The notes under the pieces are model-generated. The model did not search any database. It was not told the origin of the DNA and saw only the letters and a program-made list of their open reading frames with translations. From the NCBI GenBank assembly GCA_050942745.1, contig JBMNNX010000003.1, positions 6,767 to 70,766 on the forward strand: a stretch of 64,000 bases of DNA, given 5' to 3'. Below are positions 56,336 to 64,000 of the stretch, one piece after another. This DNA comes from Myxococcales bacterium. GTDB taxonomy: Bacteria > Myxococcota > Myxococcia > Myxococcales > UBA5297. Made by a program: the position numbers and the translations under genes. Every line of letters starts with the position of its first letter. Position 1 is the stretch's first letter.

Positions 56336-56590
56336 GAGTTCGTTCCGCGCGTAATACCCGAATCTGCAAGTGGCCGGATTCACGAGCGAGTTGTGGGAGG
56401 CTCTCGTCCAAATCAGGCTTGGGAGGCGAATCCGCGAGTCCCTCGACTCCGAGGCTCCCGCTGGTCGCCTCTACGCTCCTAACTAACAGCTCCCCCTGTT
56501 AGTTCAAGGCCACAGCCGGCCAAAGGGCCGGTCTCTCGCTCGGGATGAGCGGATTTCGCCCAAGTTGCTTGGACAAGGCGGAACGAACTC
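56336..56590. mobile_element. MITE-like family B element carrying a nested 63-bp insertion
   Basis: Same inverted-repeat ends as the 40270 copy (GAGTTCGTTCCGC ... GCGGAACGAACTC). The body is near-identical except for an extra 56479..56541 segment (ctaactaacagctccccctgttagttcaaggccacagccggccaaagggccggtctctcgctc) flanked by a CGCTC duplication. Confidence 0.65.
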
Positions 56591-56711
56591 AGGGGCACGG
56601 CCGGCTGGCCCAGGCGTCAGACTTCAGGCTTCAGGTTCCCCCCCGGCACGCGCCTTTCCTCGGCATTTCGGTCGGGCGTCGTATTGCCGCGCGCCAAGCC
56701 GAAAAGGCTTC

Positions 56712-56822
56712 TTCCTGCACGGCGCCCTCAGCACGCCGTGCAGCAGGGGGCTCTCACTCGCGGCGGCGCCTCGCTTCGAGGCAAGGATGAACGGCTGGAA
56801 GGGCAAGAGCTGGGAGGGACCG
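56712..56822 (-). repeat. family C intergenic repeat, inverted copy
   Basis: The reverse complement reads CCCTCCCAGCTCTTGCCCTTCCAGCCGTTCATCCTTGCCTCGAAGCGAGGCGCCGCCGCGAGTGAGAGCCCCCTGCTGCACGGCG, matching the 37004/37160/37845 units. Confidence 0.55.
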
Positions 56823-57025
56823 CCCGGCAGAAAAGGAACGTCGCCTCGCGCCCGCGAAGGTCGATCTGCACGTCCTGCGCAGCGCCGCTCGAGCCGATTG
56901 CTCGTTTTGTATGGGCCAGGCTCCACCGACAAAGCCCTTCGCCGCGCGCGGTGATGCTAACCTTCGGCTGGGCCGGAAGTGTGGGATTGAAGGCAGCGCC
57001 TGCTGCCTAACCACGAGGGGTAGCG

Positions 57026-57919
57026 ATGAACCGGACGTGCAATCTTCTGGCAGCGATCTTGATTTCAGCACTCGTAGCGGCGCCGAAGGCAGCCGACGCG
57101 CGCTTTGGCAAGCGGGACGACCCGCAACCGTCGAGCTCGCGCTCGTCCTCCTCGTCGAGCGGAGGCAAGGAGCACAAGGCGGTGCCGGTCTCGGAGCCGT
57201 CAACCTCCGGCGGCTCGTCTCACGGCCACGACGGGTATAGGCCGTCTCATCCGGCGCACCACCATCATCACCATCACCACCACCACTTCTTCCACCGCTA
57301 TCGCTGCGGGCGAGCCTTCGGCTACCACCCGTTCTTCTACATGGACCCCACGCCCGTCGAGAACACCGCGCCTCGGGCGCCCGACCGCATCAGCCACAGC
57401 ATCGACTTCGGCAACTTCATGGTCCACGGCGAGGGCATCGCCCTGGGGCTCGGCTACGCGGTCGAGGGCCAGCGGTTCGGCTTCAACCTCGGTGCGTCGG
57501 CGATCATGGTCGAGACCGGGCGAACCCTCGACGACGGGGCCCACGAGGTCGAGCTCGGCGTCTCGCTCGTGGACGCGCACCTGACCTGGGCGCTGCTGTC
57601 GAGCTACACCGGCCGGCTGCGGATCGAGGGCGGCGTCAGCGCAGCCCTGGCGCCCGACCTGTCGGCTGTCGGCCCCGAGGTCGGTGTCTCGGGTGCCCTG
57701 GGGATAGTCGGCCCGCTCGGAATCGAAGGTTCGGCCTACTACACGCCGTGGCCGTACACGCGCGTTCAGGCGGGCCTCGGCGCGGCGCTCGGGTTCGAGA
57801 TCTTCGGCCTTCGCCTGGGATGGCGGACCATCTACCTGGACGACGGAGGCGTGCTCGGCGACGAGGACACCGACGACCTCTTCACCGGGCCGTACCTCTC
57901 GATGGGGTTCCTGTTCTGA
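57026..57919 (+). CDS. secreted beta-barrel-like protein with Ser-rich region and native His10 tract
   Basis: Signal MNRTCNLLAAILISALVAAPKAADA. SSSRSSSSSSGG. HGHDGYRPSHPAHHHHHHHHHHFFH, encoded with mixed CAC/CAT codons. Gly-rich strand pattern. Terminal ...YLSMGFLF. Confidence 0.7.
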   Translation: MNRTCNLLAAILISALVAAPKAADARFGKRDDPQPSSSRSSSSSSGGKEHKAVPVSEPSTSGGSSHGHDGYRPSHPAHHHHHHHHHHFFHRYRCGRAFGYHPFFYMDPTPVENTAPRAPDRISHSIDFGNFMVHGEGIALGLGYAVEGQRFGFNLGASAIMVETGRTLDDGAHEVELGVSLVDAHLTWALLSSYTGRLRIEGGVSAALAPDLSAVGPEVGVSGALGIVGPLGIEGSAYYTPWPYTRVQAGLGAALGFEIFGLRLGWRTIYLDDGGVLGDEDTDDLFTGPYLSMGFLF

Positions 57920-58046
57920 GCGGCGAGCAGGCTGTCCGGCCGATCGCACCCTGTTCAGCGACAGCGAGCGCGCTCGATCATCGCCCGACATTCGCCTGCA
58001 ACGACGAAGGGAGGCCTCGGGCGCGCTCCGCGACCGAGGCTTTCTC

Positions 58047-58586
58047 ATGACTACACAGCTTGCGCTGCTCCGGGCGGTCAACGTGGGCGGGCACGGCAAG
58101 ATGCCGATGGCGCGCCTGTGCGAAGTCTTCCTCAACCTCGGCTTCGGCGGAGCGCGCACGCTTCTTCAGTCGGGCAACGTGGTCTTCGAGGCGTCTGGGC
58201 CGCGCGCGCTGCTCGAGAACAAGATCGAGAGCGCGTTGGCCGACCAGCTCGGCCTGCAGACAGAGGTCATGGTCCGCAGCGCTGCCGGGTGGGCCGCTAT
58301 CGTGGCCGGCAACCCCTTCCCCGACGAAGCGAAACGAGACCCCGCGCACCTGGTGCTTGCCGTTCTCAAGGGCACGCCGCGAGCACGGGCGGTGGAGGAC
58401 CTCCGCGCAGCCATTCGAGGCCCCGAGCTCTTTCACGTCGAACGCGACCACGCGTACATCGTCTATCCGAACGGCATTGGCCGCTCGAAGCTGACGAGCC
58501 AGGTCATCGAATCGCGGATCGGCACGCGGGCTACCGCTCGCAACTGGAGCACCGTGCTCAAGCTGGCCGCGCTCGCAGGGGTCTGA
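58047..58586 (+). CDS. DUF1697 family protein
   Basis: MTTQLALLRAVNVGGHGKMPMARL...LLQSGNVVFE... is the typical DUF1697 N-terminus. 179 aa. Confidence 0.8.
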   Translation: MTTQLALLRAVNVGGHGKMPMARLCEVFLNLGFGGARTLLQSGNVVFEASGPRALLENKIESALADQLGLQTEVMVRSAAGWAAIVAGNPFPDEAKRDPAHLVLAVLKGTPRARAVEDLRAAIRGPELFHVERDHAYIVYPNGIGRSKLTSQVIESRIGTRATARNWSTVLKLAALAGV

Positions 58587-58677
58587 GCCGAGCGAGGGCT
58601 ATCCGGCACCGCCGAGCCGCTCGCGCAAGCCCGACGGCAGGCGCGCGATGCACCCACCCGCCGCTTGCACCTGCCGG

Positions 58678-60106
58678 TCAGTACCGCGCGGAAAGCCCCG
58701 CGCCGATCTGGGCAGCAAAGCCATCGACCAGCGCTATGCCCCCGTGCGTTTCGTCCGGCCCGAATCCGAGCCGCACGTCCGCGTGGATTCCCAGGTACTG
58801 GCTGAGCCACAGGCGCCCGGTGCCGCCAACGAACCCGTTGAACGAGTTGCCTTTCAACTCCCTTGGCTCGAACGCATCCAACACCGTTCGCCTCAGAAAA
58901 CCGATGCCCACGCGAGGCGTGAGCTCGACCGATTCGCTCGGGCTTAGGTGCACGGCCAAAGCTGCGTCGAGCCCCACATCAGTCATCCTCGCCACGTCAG
59001 CGCCGTGCAGGCTGCTGGTGTGTCGCCCACTACGAAAGGCGACCATCCCACTGAGAAAAGGGCCGACGATCCGGCCGAGCCGGTCGCGATCGACCTCGAC
59101 CCAGCGGCCGCGCAACATCGCAAGCCCGCTCTCGCCGCGAGCAGGGCCTCGATCTCGGCCTCGGTCAACGGCGCGCCGTCGAGGCTCACGCTTCCCTGGA
59201 ACTCGAGCAGCGCGTCGCTCCCGAGCTTCGAGGGCGCGCGGCCGCCTACCCCGGCGCTCACGCGCGCGGCCTGGGCGGTCGTTTGCCCTGCCAGCCGGCA
59301 GGCATCCGAACCATCACGCCCGCCGCCTCGAGCGCGGGCACCGAGCCGAGGAACTCGAAGGCCTGCCGGGGCGACCAGCGCATCGGGTGGAAGATCTCCC
59401 CGGCTTCGACCATCTTGCGCAGCCACGGCTGGCTCTCGGAGGCGCGCTGGACCGGCAGCAGCAGCGAGAGCAACCGCTCACGGTTCTTCGCCCCGGCGTA
59501 CTCGCGCAGGGCCTGACCGAGCGGCAGGTGCTGGACCTTGGCCGCGTTCGACAGGCGCGAGGTGTAGGTCGCGAGGAAGGCGAACGGGAGCTGCTCGTCC
59601 TTGCGGTTCTCGGCGAGGTTGAAGCAGACGCGCCCGACGAGATTCCAGGCGGGATTGCGCGCCTTGAGGAACTCTCCGACCGACCCGCCCGCCTCGCGCA
59701 GCTCGATCCGGAAGGCCTCGTCGAGCTCGCTCCAAAGCCGTTCGAGCAGTTCGGCCGAGACGTACTCGGCGCCGAGCATCGGCGGGACGGCGAGCGCGAG
59801 CGTCTCGAGCTCGTCGTCGTCCGGCGCGGGCAGGAGCGCCTTGCGGCCCAGCTTTTCGACGTCGGGGACAGTGCAGACGGCGGTCACATAGCGGGCGGCG
59901 AGCTCGCGCCAGTAGCTCAGGGACGGGGGCAGCGCGACTCCGACCTCGGCCGCGCCGAGCTGCAGCAAGCCGTGCCCGGCACCGCGCTCGAACGCCCCGA
60001 GCAACCTGTCGCCGAGCGCTGCCTCGACGGGCGAGCCTTCCTCGGCCCGCTCGAGGCGAAGGGTTCCTTCCGGGCTGAGGCGTGGCGCGAGGCGGGTCGA
60101 ATCCAT
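58678..60106 (-). pseudogene. remnant of an SNF2-family helicase N-terminal region (two frameshifts) joined to a 3' fragment of an OMP gene
   Basis: ORFs 59258..60106, 58983..59426 and 58678..59118 read consecutively as ...WLRKMVEAGEIFHPMRWSPRQAFEFL...MPAGWQGKRPPRP | RVSAGVGGRAPSKLGSDALLEFQGSVSLDGAPLTEAEIEALLAARAGL | MLRGRWVEVDRDRL. This is the usual N-terminal module of bacterial SNF2 helicases. There is no ATPase core. After about 59060 the same ORF switches to an OMP-like C-terminus (...GFAAQIGAGLSARY). Confidence 0.65.
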
Positions 60107-60842
60107 GGGGCGTGCACGGGCTTCTACAGCAGTCGTCCGGGATGGAACAATCGCACGGCCGGGACCCCAGCGGATCGTCGCCGACGACGATCCCGCGGGG
60201 TCGGCACCTCGGCTCGGTGCGTCTCGCCCTTCCGCGCTTTCGGAAGGAAGCATGCTCGGCCGCTGCGAATCGCCCACCGAGCGCCCGCGACGCCCCTCCC
60301 AAACCCGCCGGGCGCCAACCCGGCCTGGGTGAAGCCGCTCCTCGCGGGCCCGAAAGGCGCCCTCCAGGTCCCCGAGCCCCTTCCTTGTGGCCACCCTGGC
60401 CGTGCGCAGCGTGGCGCATCCCCGGAGAGGCGCCTCCCTTGGCTTGCGGCACGTGGCGCGCACCTCGTGTGGTGCCTCCTTGGCTTGCGCCACGTGGCGC
60501 GAAGCTCGTGGGTCGTCTGGAAGGTCGTGGAGAGCCTGGGGACGGCGCTGGGCGGCCGATGGAAGGCCTCGGCACGTGACCGGGTGGCTTTCCCGGAGGG
60601 CAAGGCAGGCTTCGGCCACGCCTGGACGCCCGTGGCGGCGCGACGGACGCGAAGAGCGCGTCTATTCGCCAGCCAGGCGACGAGCTGGGCGAAGCGCGAA
60701 GCGGGCGAGGCCTCGGACAGGCTGCTGGCTGCCTGTGTGGCCGTGACCTAAGCCATCGTTTTCCTTCGCCTCATGCCTTCTTCGAGCGTCGCCATGGCGC
60801 AGTAACTCGGCGGTCGCCGCCTGCGCCCGCATGATTGAGGCC

Positions 60843-61082
60843 ATGAAAGCCCTGCTCGCACTCACCTTGGCACTCTCCCTCGGCTTGCTTGGCGGCTGCG
60901 TCATGGTCCCCGCGTCCTCTTCCCGGCCCGCGCATTCGTCCAAGGAGTTGAAGGGCTGTCCGCCGGGACATCGCTGGTCGGACGGCCGTTGCCACGACCG
61001 CGGAAAGGACCACGACCCGGCCAGGCACCACGGCAAGGGCCACAACCACCACAACGGCAAGCACGACAAGTCCCGGCACTGA
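60843..61082 (+). CDS. small His/Cys-rich lipoprotein
   Basis: MKALLALTLALSLGLLGGC lipobox. CPPGHRWSDGRCHDRGKDHDPARHHGKGHNHHNGKHDKSRH. 79 aa. Confidence 0.6.
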   Translation: MKALLALTLALSLGLLGGCVMVPASSSRPAHSSKELKGCPPGHRWSDGRCHDRGKDHDPARHHGKGHNHHNGKHDKSRH

Positions 61083-61247
61083 TCCGCCAGCGCCACCTGC
61101 CTCGCCGGTTCGCCCGCGCGCGCCGTTCGACCGATCCCGTCCCCTCCCCGTCATCCCGGCCCGTGCAAAGCCTGCGACCGCTCGTGAAGCGGGCGCCCGG
61201 GCGGTTGGCGGCTTCCGCGCCAGATGCACAAGGTCGAAGAAGGCTAG

Positions 61248-62084
61248 GTGCATGGGGGTGGGGGCGTGGCGGCAACCGGAAGGGTCGGTGGTGGGGCATC
61301 TTCTTGGCGAGGGGTGGGCGGGGCAAAGCATTTCAGGCTGCTGGCGATCGCGGTCGGAGCCCTTCTCTCTTTCACGGCGCGCCCGTGCCTGGCGGCCGAC
61401 GAACCCGGCAGTAGTGGCGGCGGCTCGTCGTGGGGCCGGAACCGGCTCGCGACTTCGGGTCTCTATCCGATCTGGGAAGACACGGGCTCGCTGCTCGAGC
61501 CGGCCGACATCCAGCTCGCGACCAACGGAATTCGCGTCCGCATCCCCGGCGGCGTGCAGCTCGGGCTTCAGCCAACCTATTACCTGCACCGCGCGCCGAA
61601 CCTGGAGGCGAAGGTCTCCATCCTGAAGCGCGCGGAGTTGCAGTTGGCGCTGCGCCAGTCGGTCATCGTCCTCTTCCGCAACGCGCAGGACCGGATGATC
61701 ACCCCGGTCTACGCCTCGCGGCTGTCGAACCCGAGCTCGAACGTCGTGCTTGCGCCGGCCTCGCTGCACGCGACCTGGCGCCCTTTCTCGTTCCTGCTCC
61801 TCCACGCCTCGGCGACCGTGCTGCCGATGCTCTCCAATGAGAAGGACTTCGAGAACCGCGCCGTCGGCGGCCTCTCGGCGATGGTCGAGTTGCCGGTGGT
61901 GCGGGGCCACTCGCTGCTGCTGCACGGCGGCGAGGTCGGCCTGTGGGACCACGACTTCGCCTATCTCGGCGCTTCGTACCGGCTCAACTACGCCTGGTTC
62001 ATGATGCAGCTCGGCTTCGCCTATCGGCTGCGACCAGAAGGCGCGCAGGGCTCGCCGCTGCTGAGCGTGGGGGCGTACCTATGA
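61248..62084 (+). CDS. secreted hypothetical protein (possible outer-membrane protein)
   Basis: Signal-like KHFRLLAIAVGALLSFTARPCLAADE; the alternative GTG at 61314 is more plausible than the ATG at 61248. Strand-like C-terminus ...GFAYRL...LLSVGAYL. The stop overlaps the next ATG as ATGA. Confidence 0.5.
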   Translation: MHGGGGVAATGRVGGGASSWRGVGGAKHFRLLAIAVGALLSFTARPCLAADEPGSSGGGSSWGRNRLATSGLYPIWEDTGSLLEPADIQLATNGIRVRIPGGVQLGLQPTYYLHRAPNLEAKVSILKRAELQLALRQSVIVLFRNAQDRMITPVYASRLSNPSSNVVLAPASLHATWRPFSFLLLHASATVLPMLSNEKDFENRAVGGLSAMVELPVVRGHSLLLHGGEVGLWDHDFAYLGASYRLNYAWFMMQLGFAYRLRPEGAQGSPLLSVGAYL

Positions 62085-63859
62085 GGTCGCGCCGAAGATT
62101 CCTTCGAGCGATGGCCGATCAGGTCGAGCGTAGGCCGTGCTTGCGAGGCCATAGTCGAGGGCGTGCCGCGTTCGCCCTGAGCGTAGCTCCCGGCGCGCCA
62201 GCGACGGGAGCGGAGTCGAAGGGCTCCTCGATTCCGGAAGCGCGGCCACCGTTCGCCCTGAGCGTAGCTCCCGACGCGCTGGCGGCGGGAGCGGAGTCGA
62301 AGGGCTCCTCGATTTCGGGCAGGCCCCTCGACTCCGGGGCGACCTCCGGTCGCCCCTACGCTCGGGGTGACCGGAAGAGGAAGAGCTCAGTCGCACGGCG
62401 CCGCGCGCTGGCCGCAGCAGCGCTGCTCGCGCTCGCTGCCTGCGATTGGGACTACTACGCGCTGACCAACAGCGTGCCGATCGAGGGCGACCCGGCCGCG
62501 AACCCCGTCGTCCACGTGATGCTCGCGGTCGATAGCCTCGCCTACTCCGCCGTGGTCGACGCGCAGAGCCGCGGCGCCTTCCCCGGCTTCAAGCTGGCGC
62601 GCCACGTGACGGGCTTTCCCGGCTCCTCGGACATCTCCTGGACGCGCATCCTGCACACCGCGCCCATCGAGTCGTACGAGCTGCAGTACTACGATCCGAT
62701 CGAGCACCAGGTGGTCAACGGCGGGTATTCGGGCCTGCTGCTGCACGCGGTGCCCTTCGGCACTCGGCCCTGCTACCAGGCCTTTGACTTCAGCGCCAAC
62801 GGCCTGACCAACGCGCTCTACAACTACGGGTCGCCACGCTACAGCCTGGGCACCACCCTCGACAACGTCTTCACCCTGCTCGATGGCCGGGCCCAGACCC
62901 GCAGCACCGAGGCCTTCCTCGCCTTCATCAACGAGATCGACGCCATCGGGCACATGGATCCCTACGGGGACTACCTCGAGGCGGTGCTGGTGCTCGACCG
63001 GCGCATCGAGGCCTTCAAGGCTGCCCACCCCGAGCGCACCTGGCTCTTCACCCTCGTCTCGGATCACGGCCACAACTTCATCCCCTCGCCCGACGACAAG
63101 ATGATTCGCTTCCACGACGAGCTGCCGCGGATGGGCATCGAGGCGGTCGAAAGCCTCGCTGGCCGCGACGCCGACGGGCCGCTTGCGGCGGTCCCCATCG
63201 TCCACGCCCGCGTCACCTACGTCGCGCTCCACACGGTGCAGGAGCAGGCCCCCGAGATTGCCCGGCGCGTCTCCGGCGCTCGGTTCACTGACCTGGCGAT
63301 CGCCAAGCTGCCCGCGCCCGAGGGCCGCGCCGAGCCCTGGTACGGCATCTGGCGCGACGGCGAGCTGGCGCTGTGGTTTGGCCACGACGCGCAGACCGAC
63401 AGCTACTTCGTGGACCTCAGCGGCAAGCTCGATCCGCTCGGCCTCGGCTGGATGGGCTCGGGAAACCGAATCGCCGCATTCACCGATCAGGAGCTCTTCG
63501 AACGCACCCGCTACTCCGACTTCCCTGACCTGCTCTACCGCACCCGGACGGCGCTCGAACCGATCGGGCTCGAGCACGCGGCGCAGGTCCTCGTCTCGTT
63601 TCGCCATCCGTACGCCTCGGTCGGCTTCGAGGTACCGGGAGGAGGCAACTCCATCGCCATCGCGAGCTTCCACGGGGGAATGCACCGCCTCGACACGAAC
63701 GGCGTCGTGCTTACCGAGGCGCGGGATCTGCCGCCGGCCATCCGCTCGGACACCTTCCTCGAGCTGTTCCCCATCTTCGCCAAGCGCATCGCCGAGCGCG
63801 GGATGCTGCGGGCGAAGGCCGACGCGAACGAGAGCCTCGACTACTCGTCGATGCCATGA
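62081..63859 (+). CDS. alkaline-phosphatase-superfamily (nucleotide pyrophosphatase/phosphodiesterase-like) lipoprotein; N-terminus interrupted by REP pair
   Basis: NEIDAIGHMDPYG and LVSDHGHNF metal-ligand motifs. Lipobox ALLALAAC at about residue 118. The only canonical in-frame starts are ATG at 62081 (MRSRRRFLRA) and ATG at 62111; there are none between the REP copies and the lipobox. Confidence 0.65.
   Translation: MRSRRRFLRAMADQVERRPCLRGHSRGRAAFALSVAPGAPATGAESKGSSIPEARPPFALSVAPDALAAGAESKGSSISGRPLDSGATSGRPYARGDRKRKSSVARRRALAAAALLALAACDWDYYALTNSVPIEGDPAANPVVHVMLAVDSLAYSAVVDAQSRGAFPGFKLARHVTGFPGSSDISWTRILHTAPIESYELQYYDPIEHQVVNGGYSGLLLHAVPFGTRPCYQAFDFSANGLTNALYNYGSPRYSLGTTLDNVFTLLDGRAQTRSTEAFLAFINEIDAIGHMDPYGDYLEAVLVLDRRIEAFKAAHPERTWLFTLVSDHGHNFIPSPDDKMIRFHDELPRMGIEAVESLAGRDADGPLAAVPIVHARVTYVALHTVQEQAPEIARRVSGARFTDLAIAKLPAPEGRAEPWYGIWRDGELALWFGHDAQTDSYFVDLSGKLDPLGLGWMGSGNRIAAFTDQELFERTRYSDFPDLLYRTRTALEPIGLEHAAQVLVSFRHPYASVGFEVPGGGNSIAIASFHGGMHRLDTNGVVLTEARDLPPAIRSDTFLELFPIFAKRIAERGMLRAKADANESLDYSSMP
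62170..62305 (+). repeat. REP-like family A, copies 4 and 5 (81-bp tandem spacing, in frame)
   Basis: GTTCGCCCTGAGCGTAGCTCCCG.CGCG...GC.GCGGGAGCGGAGTCGAAGGGCTCCTCGATT.CGG at 62170 and 62251. Translated in the gene frame as FALSVAP.A.A.GAESKGSSI twice. Confidence 0.8.
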
Positions 63860-64000
63860 GCGCAGCCCGTCTCGGCCCAATCGCCGCGCCGACCATGGCC
63901 GTGTGGCTGGCCGCCGGCGGGTGCGCCTCTCTCGGCGAGCGGGTCGTGCTCGTCGAGGGCCCCGCTTCGCCGCCGCGCGCTTCCGGCGCCATCAAGCTCG
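63856..64000 (+). CDS. partial lipoprotein gene (5' end only)
   Basis: The ATG at 63856 overlaps the upstream stop as ATGA. MSAARLGPIAAPTMAVWLAAGGCAS contains a lipobox. Runs off the end of the window. Confidence 0.35.
   Translation, partial: MSAARLGPIAAPTMAVWLAAGGCASLGERVVLVEGPASPPRASGAIKL

Noticed and set aside
57240-57300. His10 tract as a cloning or expression-tag artefact.
   Set aside because: The tract is internal (residue ~78 of a signal-peptide protein) and encoded by mixed CAC/CAT codons. It is embedded in His/Pro-rich native-looking sequence, with no vector-like flanks.
58118-60751. 877-aa plus-strand ORF across the DUF1697 3' region, the OMP fragment and the SNF2 remnant.
   Set aside because: Arg/Pro/Ser-rich translation. 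The minus-strand frames carry recognisable SNF2 N-terminal and OMP sequence.
1-64000. Prophage, integron, transposon or known defence island (searched for integrase, transposase, RT, Cas, restriction-modification, toxin-antitoxin signatures).
   Set aside because: None recognised. The only nuclease- or helicase-like items are a small GIY-YIG gene, an NYN-LOTUS gene and a decayed SNF2 fragment, and these are not organised as a known system.

Overview
The window is high-GC (about 70% by eye) and looks like chromosomal DNA from a myxobacterium (Myxococcota). Supporting markers are a MYXO-CTERM sorting tag, a Myxococcus cysteine-rich repeat, a domain resembling the M. xanthus PilA pilin, two DUF4388/PATAN proteins, and a Glt/Nfs-like outer-membrane trio. 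I call about 47 protein-coding genes or pseudogenes. I saw no rRNA, tRNA, CRISPR array, transposase, integrase or phage genes. All family names come from motifs I recognised by reading the translations; no database search was run.

Recognisable housekeeping genes are pckG, rsmA-tsaD, trmL, pepD, a mitochondrial-type EF-G (fusA), hsp20, sugE, an SDR, an NAD(P)H quinone reductase, an S9 peptidase, a 5S-type carboxyltransferase and an AGPS-like FAD oxidase. Much of the rest encodes envelope proteins: many small outer-membrane beta-barrels, lipoproteins, and an AI-2E transporter.

Items most worth a second look:
1. At 16.6-26.2 kb, a receiver-PATAN-TPR protein and a 1996-aa PATAN/coiled-coil/J-domain/TPR giant flank a stand-alone PilZ gene. 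This cluster sits next to a gltB/gltA/gltC-like trio at 27.3-30.9 kb.
2. A two-gene unit in which EF-G is tightly coupled to a fused RecA/KaiC-like ATPase plus SLOG/DprA-like protein, closed by a canonical terminator.
3. Three tandem 85-bp low-GC units, each with a stem-loop and T-run, at 37.5 kb.
4. At least three families of intergenic repeats: a REP-like hairpin, a 192-bp MITE-like palindromic element (one copy carries a nested 63-bp insert), and a modular roughly 150-bp family. Two REP copies sit in frame between a Tat-like start and the lipobox of a phosphodiesterase-like gene.
5. Several decaying genes: a frameshifted RCC1/MYXO-CTERM gene, an SNF2-helicase remnant fused to an outer-membrane-protein (OMP) fragment, and a frameshifted TPR-like gene. 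The very long genes in the window are intact.
6. A pilin head domain fused to the C-terminus of a lipoprotein, and a secreted OMP with a native His10 tract.
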